Positions 7,243-14,194 of a stretch of DNA of 64,000 nucleotides are shown here, piece by piece. The DNA is from Candidatus Gastranaerophilales bacterium (lineage in GTDB: Bacteria; Cyanobacteriota; Vampirovibrionia; Gastranaerophilales; Gastranaerophilaceae). A model generated the notes under the pieces. That model made no database searches, had not been told where the DNA came from, and worked only from the letters and a program-made list of their open reading frames with translations. The stretch spans positions 40,251 to 104,250 of the forward strand of contig CALVBT010000003.1 of assembly GCA_944325885.1 (NCBI GenBank), in the 5' to 3' direction. A program made the translations under genes and the position numbers. The stretch's first letter is position 1; each line of letters opens with the position of its first letter.

Positions 7243-9224
7243 TCATATAGCTCCTTGTACTCATCTGTCATTTTGTAATTCTGTACCCACTCCCTGTCTT
7301 CAGCAGATGTGCATCCGTTTTCTTTGAACCATTCATAGCGTTCGTAGTTTGAACTAAACAATGGTCTGTTCATCTGAGCTTCACGGAGAGTCGGCTTCTT
7401 TTCCCGTTTCGTTTTTGTTTCTTCTATAATTTCAGGAATTACATCAATAATGTCATCTTCAACCTTTTTATCAATAAGCAGTAGATCCTGATCAGGTAAA
7501 ATTTCTTTGACCTTCTTGAGAATTCTGTTTTTACGCTGCTTCTGTTTTTGGATTTTCTGTCTGAAATCTTCCATATCAGCAACATTTCCGAGATAATTTG
7601 CCATAGGGTTTGTTTTAGTTACCCTGTTGGCGGTACAAATGTATTGACCGTCTAATGAATAAACAAGTACTTTTGAAATATCAAAAAGGCTGTAGCGTAT
7701 GTAAACTCTTTCTCTGTAGCCGACAAGCATTTCATTGAAATAATGTGCATCAAGAAACGATATCCCGTTACGCTGTATTGTTCGTATTTCACTTTTCATC
7801 ATTAAATAATCAAGCGTGTGTTGATTTATATCTTCTCTTGCAACAGTATTTAAACACTGTTTAATCGTCATTTCACGTGCATTGGGACAGGGCTTTGAGT
7901 TGTGATAATTTAACCAGTAATCAATTAACTGTATTGCCTGTTGCACAGTTGGAATTTTGTTTTTTACAGATTTTTCATATAACTTCTTGTGAAACTTCTC
8001 ACCTCTGTTTAATCTCGGAGGTTTTTCACTAATAGATGTACCGATGTATGAATTCATTAACTTTTCAAACTCGGCAAATTCTTTAAAGAACCTCTCTATT
8101 ACTTTGGCTTTTGCATTATACGGTTTTGCAAATACCGGCTTTATTCCCAAGTTTTCATATACACCGTTAAACCCTTCTTCATTAAAATTACAATGCTGAA
8201 AATACTTAGCCTTAAACGCTCTGCCATTGTCTTGATAAACAATTTTAGGAATTTTTCCGAGATTTAAAATGGAGTTTCTTAATGCACTTGCAATACACTG
8301 GGTATTTTCTGTCATCATAATTTCATAACCAACAAGAGCTGTTGACTTCCAATCTAAAAAGCCAACGAGTGTTGCTCTCGTGGGCTTGCCTGTGAACGGA
8401 TTAATGACTTCAAAATTAAGAACGTGTCCGTCAGCAACTAAGACATCTCCGACTTCTATCTTTGATAAATCACGTTCAATGTATGGTTCAACTTTATCAT
8501 TCAAGGCTTTTTCGCCTTCACGCATTAATGTCCAGACATCGAATTTAGTCTCTTTGAAATGGTTTGCATATCTTCTGAAAGTTGACTCGGACGGAATATC
8601 CTCACAACCTTCGTTCTCTAAAATATATCTGGTTAAAGAAATAGCTTTGCTTATCGTAATTTTATTCGGGTGAAGCAGAAACTTCAACAGAACTTGTTTC
8701 ATATGCTCATCAAGAGAACAATCGTACTCATCATATTTTGAATATCTGTATTGAGGCATAAGAGCATCAATTCCCATCTCATCGTATGCTTTAATCCATC
8801 TGTCAATTGTTCCTCTTGAAACATTGCCGATAAATGCATAAATCTTTTTGAGGTATAAACCGCTGTTATACAATTCTAAAAAGTTTTGCATAGCTTCTTT
8901 ACGGGTTTTAAATCTTGTTCTGAAATTCTGAAACCCCTTAATTAAATCAACACGTGCTAAAGCAGTCAGCTGAGCTTTTTCTTTAACAAACGATGCCGTT
9001 TTGTTATTCAACGGAACTAAAGGATGGAATTTATCTTCATCCATTAATTTATGCTGTAATTCAGGCTCAAGAGATGTGATAAGGATTTCGTAGCTCGTTC
9101 CGCCTTTAACCTTGACCTCTCTGTAGATATACTTGCTGAGGTTATTTCTTATGGAACGTGTGCTTTTCAGCCCTTTTAGTTTCGCTATTTTCTGTATGGG
9201 TATGTATTTATCTTGCATACTCAC
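7239..9224 (-). CDS. MuA/TnsB-like DDE transposase (second copy, paralogous to 3443..5401)
   Basis: 661 aa. Candidate DDE residues sit in VLVADGHVLNF, IVYQDNGRAFKA and PYNAKAKVIERFF. N-terminal HTH-like region (IQKIAKLKGLKSTRSIRNNL). Confidence 0.85.
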   Translation of the reverse strand: MSMQDKYIPIQKIAKLKGLKSTRSIRNNLSKYIYREVKVKGGTSYEILITSLEPELQHKLMDEDKFHPLVPLNNKTASFVKEKAQLTALARVDLIKGFQNFRTRFKTRKEAMQNFLELYNSGLYLKKIYAFIGNVSRGTIDRWIKAYDEMGIDALMPQYRYSKYDEYDCSLDEHMKQVLLKFLLHPNKITISKAISLTRYILENEGCEDIPSESTFRRYANHFKETKFDVWTLMREGEKALNDKVEPYIERDLSKIEVGDVLVADGHVLNFEVINPFTGKPTRATLVGFLDWKSTALVGYEIMMTENTQCIASALRNSILNLGKIPKIVYQDNGRAFKAKYFQHCNFNEEGFNGVYENLGIKPVFAKPYNAKAKVIERFFKEFAEFEKLMNSYIGTSISEKPPRLNRGEKFHKKLYEKSVKNKIPTVQQAIQLIDYWLNYHNSKPCPNAREMTIKQCLNTVAREDINQHTLDYLMMKSEIRTIQRNGISFLDAHYFNEMLVGYRERVYIRYSLFDISKVLVYSLDGQYICTANRVTKTNPMANYLGNVADMEDFRQKIQKQKQRKNRILKKVKEILPDQDLLLIDKKVEDDIIDVIPEIIEETKTKREKKPTLREAQMNRPLFSSNYERYEWFKENGCTSAEDREWVQNYKMTDEYKELYE

Positions 9225-9235
9225 AGATTAGCTCT

Positions 9236-9534
9236 AAAGTCGGAACTTTGGAGCTTTTTTACCGACTTATGTGTCTGAAGCGAAACAATTTATTTCGCAT
9301 AAAATTAAATACCGAGTTTCTAACAAAAAAGTACCGACTTCTTGTGAAATATTTCACAAGATTTTTGTTAATTTTCAAAAGTCCAACAAAAAAATTGCAG
9401 ATACTTTGAGCAAAATCGCCACTTGTGGCTAAAAAGCAGGATATGACTTGTTTAAAGGTAAAAACTTTTGAGGACAATTGGTGTCCATTTCATGGACATT
9501 TCAGTACTTTTGCTCAAACTAAAATACCGACTAA
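9236..9534. repeat. Array of five TACCGA(C/G)T-type motifs (GTCGGTA on the gene strand); candidate transposase-binding or regulatory sites in the element end
   Basis: Read directly: 9236-9248 aaagtcggaactt (inverted), 9257-9268 ttttaccgactt, 9307-9319 aaataccgagttt, 9327-9340 aaaagtaccgactt, 9521-9534 aaaataccgactaa. Confidence 0.45.
9341..9360. promoter_or_regulatory. Perfect 20-bp palindrome CTTGTGAAATATTTCACAAG (TGTGA-N6-TCACA core) upstream of the second transposase gene
   Basis: Read directly, about 120 bp upstream of the ATG at 9224. Shares 15 nt with 5861-5875 and the dyad architecture with 5763-5778. Confidence 0.5.
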
Positions 9535-9646
9535 AATGGACAGTAAGAGTCCTAATTTTAGAGCATTTGAGGGGCTTTGCTCGAAGTATTCGCAATTTCA
9601 AAAGTACTTGAAACAATACACTTAGATACAGAAAAACGCTATATAA

Positions 9647-9679
9647 ACAAAAAAGCTTGAAACTCAATTGTTTCAAGGC
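9647..9679 (-). terminator. Rho-independent terminator of tRNA-Ala
   Basis: On the minus strand: CTTGAAAC-AATTGA-GTTTCAAG (8-bp stem) followed by CTTTTTTG, starting about 10 nt after the tRNA CCA end. Confidence 0.7.
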
Positions 9680-9687
9680 TTATATAA

Positions 9688-9763
9688 TGGTGGAGGATAG
9701 GAGATTCGAACTCCTGACCCCCTGCGTGCAAAGCAGGTGCTCTACCAGCTGAGCTAATCCCCC
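9688..9763 (-). tRNA. tRNA-Ala: tRNA-Ala (anticodon UGC), CCA encoded
   Basis: The reverse complement reads GGGGGATTAGCTCAGCTGGTAGAGCACCTGCTTTGCACGCAGGGGGTCAGGAGTTCGAATCTCCTATCCTCCACCA (76 nt). It has a 7-bp acceptor stem with G3:U70, a canonical D arm, anticodon loop TTTGCAC, T loop TTCGAAT and a 3' CCA. Confidence 0.95.
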
Positions 9764-9950
9764 ACGAGATTTTTTGCTATATTCGCACCTGCTTTCAGGT
9801 GCTTAATTTCAAAACGTAAAGCTATCACTTTACTGGGCGTGAGCTAACTACCCACGAGATTTTTGCTATATTCGCACCTGCTTTCAGGTGCTTAATTTCA
9901 AAATGTAAAGCTATCGCTTTACCGGGCTTGAGTTGAACTCCACACGAGAG
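9751..9950. repeat. Tandem duplication (2.2 copies, 90/89-bp units) of the tRNA-Ala 5' end plus leader/promoter region
   Basis: Units 9751-9840 and 9841-9929, plus a partial copy at 9930-9950. Each begins gag(c/t)t(a/g)a...cc(c)acgaga and contains the hairpin gcacctg-cttt-caggtgc. The first 13 nt of unit 1 are the real tRNA 5' end. Units 1 and 2 differ by a few substitutions and one T indel. Confidence 0.85.
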
Positions 9951-10012
9951 ATTCAGTAATTATTATAATACATGCTAATTTTTTTTTGTAAAGACATTAT
10001 TTAAAAATTTAT

Positions 10013-11047
10013 TTATTGCCATTCTTTTTCAATAGAAAGTATTCTTTTAGCGAATGGTAACTTAAATTTTAATATAGTTTCTTTTTTTATTATATGTTTT
10101 TGTTGTGTATCCAAATACTCTCTTAAAAATGGCGTTTTAACAAGATAATTAAACCATATCTCAGATTTTAGACAACCCGGACAATTCCATGGTTTTGCCA
10201 TGCCTGCATAATGCAATTGAATAGGATTGTTTAAAGCAAAATCCACTTCTTCTTTTGTATGACCTAAAGCATTATTATAATCCTCTTTTGTTTTAAACAT
10301 ATCATAGCTATATGTGCAAACAAGAGCATTTGCGGGCATAATTTTGATTTTAGGATAACAAATCAAACTAATAACATCCTGTTCGGGCTGCAATAGCCTA
10401 TATGAATTTTTATAAGCAAAATCAACACATTTTTGATAAATGTTATCTTCTCTCATTTTCTTGAGATTAAAAATATAATATCCTGCACCACAGATTAATT
10501 TACTTCTCTCTTCTTCTGTATATAAATCCAGATAATTTTGTTTCTTCTTATTTCTAATTTTTTTTAATATTTTAAAGAATAAAGAAATTTTGTTTTTAGT
10601 TTCACAAGTATTACTTTTTATTAATATAGATTTTGCAGCATAAACATAATCATCCCCATTTACATCAAAATCTTCATAAATTGGAGCTACATCATTTAAA
10701 TAAACAACATCCACATCTGCAATCATTATTTTATCTAAATCAGGAAACAGCTCAGGAACACAAAACTTATAAAACATTTCTGCAGAAAAATGACCTTTTG
10801 TCTTAAGAGAATCAAATAAATCACAAAATTTCTTTTTCATATCAATAAATTTTATTGATGCGTTAGGAAAGTTTTTAACTATTTGTTCAAGAGTTGACTG
10901 ATGATTAACAGACAAATCATTATGCAATATAAAAAAGTTATAAAAATAATCTCTACTAGAATTTTCCAATAAAGAAAGTATTGCTACCCCGCCCAGAATT
11001 GCATAATTATCGTTAAAACAATTCATTATATTTATTGTTTTATCCAT
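10013..11047 (-). CDS. Glycosyltransferase family 8 (LPS glycosyltransferase-like)
   Basis: 344 aa. N-terminal NDNYAILGGVAILSLLENS and the DxD motif in IMIADVDVVYLNDV are typical of GT8. Visibly more AT-rich than its neighbours. Confidence 0.7.
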   Translation of the reverse strand: MDKTINIMNCFNDNYAILGGVAILSLLENSSRDYFYNFFILHNDLSVNHQSTLEQIVKNFPNASIKFIDMKKKFCDLFDSLKTKGHFSAEMFYKFCVPELFPDLDKIMIADVDVVYLNDVAPIYEDFDVNGDDYVYAAKSILIKSNTCETKNKISLFFKILKKIRNKKKQNYLDLYTEEERSKLICGAGYYIFNLKKMREDNIYQKCVDFAYKNSYRLLQPEQDVISLICYPKIKIMPANALVCTYSYDMFKTKEDYNNALGHTKEEVDFALNNPIQLHYAGMAKPWNCPGCLKSEIWFNYLVKTPFLREYLDTQQKHIIKKETILKFKLPFAKRILSIEKEWQ

Positions 11048-11724
11048 TAAATTTTTCCTTGTCTGACAAGACTTTCTATCCCTACAACATCTATGCCTTG
11101 GTAGTTTGATTTTACTTTTGGTATCAGATATTCATCATTAAATTTCATCAAATAGCCCAAATATGCACCCAAAATAGCCTCTAGCTGAGAAACAGGGAGC
11201 ATGTTAGACGGCAATTCCTTAAAACCGAAGCGGAACTTTAATGCACTTTGCAAAGCCTTGCAATCAACCGGCGAGCGGTCTTTGTATATACCGGACAGAC
11301 CGAGGGAGTATTTAATTTCGTGTATATCATAACGAAAAATATCCACACCTTGATTTTTCAACTCAATAAAGAAATCACATCCACGATGGGCATATCTTTC
11401 TATCCAGTCGCTTTCTTTGTTTATCAGCCTGTTTGTTTGCACCAGCTGATATTCTCTTGCTGTTAGTTTCCATTTTGCATTGAGCATTGTAGGATTTTCA
11501 GGCAAAGCTATATTAATTATGGCGTTTTGTTTTCCCACGAGCCTTTTAAAAAAGAATCGTACATCGTCCATCGAAAAAAGCTTGTCCAGCGTAATTATAT
11601 TCAGATTGTTATCTAAAATTGCAACACCTGTTTCATTTGTCGAACATGAGCCTAAAGAAATTCCGACAAAGAAAAGTTTGTTTTCATAGTTTATATTTTT
11701 TAGTGAGCTATCCTTAATCATCAA
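11047..11724 (-). CDS. Hypothetical protein, possibly DUF429-like RNase H-fold
   Basis: 225 aa. N-terminal FFVGISLGSCSTNETGVAILD and C-terminal LEAILGAYLGY resemble the DUF429 layout (weak, from memory). Stop overlaps the GT8 start. Confidence 0.4.
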   Translation of the reverse strand: MMIKDSSLKNINYENKLFFVGISLGSCSTNETGVAILDNNLNIITLDKLFSMDDVRFFFKRLVGKQNAIINIALPENPTMLNAKWKLTAREYQLVQTNRLINKESDWIERYAHRGCDFFIELKNQGVDIFRYDIHEIKYSLGLSGIYKDRSPVDCKALQSALKFRFGFKELPSNMLPVSQLEAILGAYLGYLMKFNDEYLIPKVKSNYQGIDVVGIESLVRQGKI

Positions 11725-11741
11725 AACCTTTTTTATATCTG

Positions 11742-12314
11742 TTAATAAATCATTCTGTTAGTGCTGAATCTGCCTCTGTTTCGGCTTTCATAAAGTTTTT
11801 CAAAATTGTTTTGTACATCCTGATAATTTTTGACAGTCAATTCAATTGACTTGTTCACCACAACAAACATTATAGGCAAAGAAATCAAAACTGTCATTAT
11901 TCCTAAAAACATGTGTTTTGAAAATTTTATTAAATGTTTTTTTTGTTTTATACCCTCAATGTTCTTTTTGTAATCCGATAAGAGCTGATTAAAGAGTTTT
12001 GTTCGTTCTTCCATCGGTATTTTGTCAAAAAACTCAACGTTTTCCGAATTAACCATAACAACAAACTTTTTTGCTCTCGGCCCTGATTTTCTTACCACAG
12101 GTTTTTCTATCTCAGCATAAGGGTCAAACTCCTGATTTTCTTCAAGGAGTCCGCTGCCGAGTCCGCCCTCCATTAGAGCTTTCGGACTTTGTGACAAAAA
12201 GCCCTCGGAATCATCAGAAAAATTGCTCATGCTTCTTATTGTGGCTTGCAATTTTTCAATCTCAAGTTTTTCATCAAAATCCATGCTGTGAAAATCGTCG
12301 TCGTTATCGGGCAT
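11742..12314 (-). CDS. Hypothetical membrane-anchored protein (acidic N-terminus, one TM helix)
   Basis: 190 aa ORF. TM segment FLGIMTVLISLPIMFVVV. Co-directional with the downstream genes. Confidence 0.5.
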   Translation of the reverse strand: MPDNDDDFHSMDFDEKLEIEKLQATIRSMSNFSDDSEGFLSQSPKALMEGGLGSGLLEENQEFDPYAEIEKPVVRKSGPRAKKFVVMVNSENVEFFDKIPMEERTKLFNQLLSDYKKNIEGIKQKKHLIKFSKHMFLGIMTVLISLPIMFVVVNKSIELTVKNYQDVQNNFEKLYESRNRGRFSTNRMIY

Positions 12315-12442
12315 TTTACCTCTGCAATTGATAATATTTGTTACTTTTTGTATAGCTGTTTAATTGTATTTTCGTGCTAAACTAAATATATTATACTACA
12401 CTATTTTTAAAAATATTACCCGTACATATATGATATTAATCG

Positions 12443-13507
12443 ATGGAGAGAAAAATGTCGGAACATCAAAACTTTGATTTTAACAAAGAAAAACTTGAAG
12501 CATATATAGACAAATTGAATGAACCCAGAGTCTTGATTATAGGGGATATGGGCATTGACGAAATGATTTACGGAGATACGGAAAGAATCTCAAGAGAAGC
12601 ACCTGTTTTGATTTTAAGACATTCAAACACAAAAATCATACTGGGTCAGGCTGCCAATGCTGCTCACAACCTTGCAACAATCAACGGCGGCAAAGTTTCG
12701 GCAATAGGTTTGTACGGTGATGACTACTACGGTCCGATGCTTTTAGATGCATTTAAAAAAGCGGGTATAAATACAGAATATATGGTGCAGGACAAAGGCC
12801 GCCCGACAACCGTAAAATCAAGAATATCCGGCGCAAGTTTTCATTCCGTAACCCAGCAGATTGTCAGAATCGACAGAGTGCAAACTGCGGCACCGGATAG
12901 AGAAACCGAAGATAAAATCATTGAAAATATAGAAAAAGCTATGCCTCTGCACGATGCAGTGATTCTGTCTGACTACAACATCGGTCTTTTGACAGACAGA
13001 ATTATCTCTTCTACTGTCGAAATCGCTAAAAAGCATAACAAAATTGTTGTAGCAGATGTTCAAAAAGATATGAGCAGATACAAAGGCGTCTACGCTCTTA
13101 CACCGAACCAGCCAGACAGTGAAAAGGCTGTAGGTTATTTTATCAAAGATGAACAAACACTCAACAACGCAGGTTCTGATATATTAAAAATGACAGAAGC
13201 TCAGGTACTGCTCCTGACAAGAGGCGGTGACGGAATGGCTGTATTTGAAGCAGGAAAAAATATCCATACAGACGTTCCTGTATTTAACAAGACAAATGTT
13301 TTTGATGTTACAGGTGCTGGCGATACGGTTGTTGCTTCTTTCACACTGGCACTGGCAGCCGGCGCAGAACCCAAATATGCTGCGATTATAGGTAATATTG
13401 CTGCAAGCATTGTTATTCGTTCTTTTGGATGTGCAACTACTTCTATTGAAGAAATCAAAATGAGCCTTAACAAAATGAATATGAATAATTACACAATTAA
13501 AGTTTAA
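12443..13507 (+). CDS. hldA: D-beta-D-heptose 7-phosphate kinase-like (RfaE domain I / PfkB family)
   Basis: 354 aa. VLIIGDMGIDEMIYGDTERISREAPV and the PfkB signature DVTGAGDTVVASFTLALAAG. No adenylyltransferase domain. Confidence 0.75.
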   Translation: MERKMSEHQNFDFNKEKLEAYIDKLNEPRVLIIGDMGIDEMIYGDTERISREAPVLILRHSNTKIILGQAANAAHNLATINGGKVSAIGLYGDDYYGPMLLDAFKKAGINTEYMVQDKGRPTTVKSRISGASFHSVTQQIVRIDRVQTAAPDRETEDKIIENIEKAMPLHDAVILSDYNIGLLTDRIISSTVEIAKKHNKIVVADVQKDMSRYKGVYALTPNQPDSEKAVGYFIKDEQTLNNAGSDILKMTEAQVLLLTRGGDGMAVFEAGKNIHTDVPVFNKTNVFDVTGAGDTVVASFTLALAAGAEPKYAAIIGNIAASIVIRSFGCATTSIEEIKMSLNKMNMNNYTIKV

Positions 13508-13538
13508 ATTTTAAATCGGAAAAATTGAGGAGTTAAAG

Positions 13539-14192
13539 ATGAAAAAACTTAAACCATTTGATTACATAATAATTATTGCTGTGATAGCAGTAGTATTAAT
13601 CGGTGCGCTTGCGTATCTCGGCAAAAACAAATTTTCAAAATCACCTGTCGAAGCCACTAAAAAAATAGCTTTTCAGGTTATGATAAGGAGCGTTTCTTTA
13701 ACAGATGCAAAAAATCCTTTTAAAATAGGCGAAGAATCTTTTATTACAATAAGAAACGTACCTTATACAAAACTTCAAATCATTGATGTTGCATCTTCAC
13801 CCAAAAAGACCATTCTGCCTGTGAACAATCCACAGCAGCCGTTTATAGTAATAGACGATTATTCACAGCCTTTTCAGTTTGATTTTGTAGTTACGCTGAT
13901 AGATGATGCTAAAATCACAAAAGACGGCCCTGTTGTCGGCGGAAACAAAATCAAAATCGGCCTGCCGATTGTGCTGGAAGGTTTCAATTACCGTATAGGC
14001 GGTTCTATTTCTAATGTTCAGGTGCTGGAAGACAAAGACGTAGAAATGATTAACAAATACGTAGCAACAGCAAAAAAACAACAGCTGGTTGAAATGTTAC
14101 AAGAAAATGCTGATGCACAATCAGCCCAAACAGCAAATGAAGATAAAAAACAAAATACTAAAGAAGAAAAAACACAAAAAAGTGCTGAATAG
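13539..14192 (+). CDS. DUF4330-like membrane-anchored protein
   Basis: 217 aa. N-terminal LKPFDYIIIIAVIAVVLIG anchor. The family assignment is from memory and weak. Confidence 0.45.
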   Translation: MKKLKPFDYIIIIAVIAVVLIGALAYLGKNKFSKSPVEATKKIAFQVMIRSVSLTDAKNPFKIGEESFITIRNVPYTKLQIIDVASSPKKTILPVNNPQQPFIVIDDYSQPFQFDFVVTLIDDAKITKDGPVVGGNKIKIGLPIVLEGFNYRIGGSISNVQVLEDKDVEMINKYVATAKKQQLVEMLQENADAQSAQTANEDKKQNTKEEKTQKSAE

Positions 14193-14194
14193 TT

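Larger units (their letters stand above)
5858..9620 (-). mobile_element. Second Mu/Tn552/Tn7-like transposition module (transposase, AAA+ ATPase, IS1595-derived gene) with a candidate terminus next to tRNA-Ala
   Basis: Reading inward from 9620 on the minus strand gives 5'-TGTATTGTTTCAAGTACTTTTGAAA. As I remember it, this resembles the phage Mu attL tip TGTATTGATTCACTTGAAGTAC. The tip lies 68 bp from the tRNA 3' end, just past the tRNA terminator. The inner (left) boundary is uncertain; this may be a fragment, or part of one larger element. Confidence 0.5.

Noticed and set aside
5858-9620. Type V-K CRISPR-associated transposon (tnsB-tnsC-tniQ next to a tRNA).
   Set aside because: The layout is similar, but no cas12k, tracrRNA or CRISPR array is visible, and the third gene does not look like TniQ (no zinc-finger CxxC pairs). 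The adjacent DNA is a Mu-like phage early region (Ner, GemA, Mor). The right side of the element is outside the window, so a distal CRISPR module cannot be formally excluded.
9158-9676. Small track ORFs (83, 72, 66 and 74 aa) between the transposase and the tRNA.
   Set aside because: They overlap each other on both strands, have low-complexity or odd composition and no RBS. They lie in a region better explained by terminal repeats, operator palindromes and the tRNA terminator.
9751-9950. Possible CRISPR array or other guide-RNA array next to the transposon.
   Set aside because: There are only 2.2 directly abutting copies of a 90-bp unit, with no unique spacers. The unit is clearly the tRNA 5' end plus leader. 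No cas genes are in the window.
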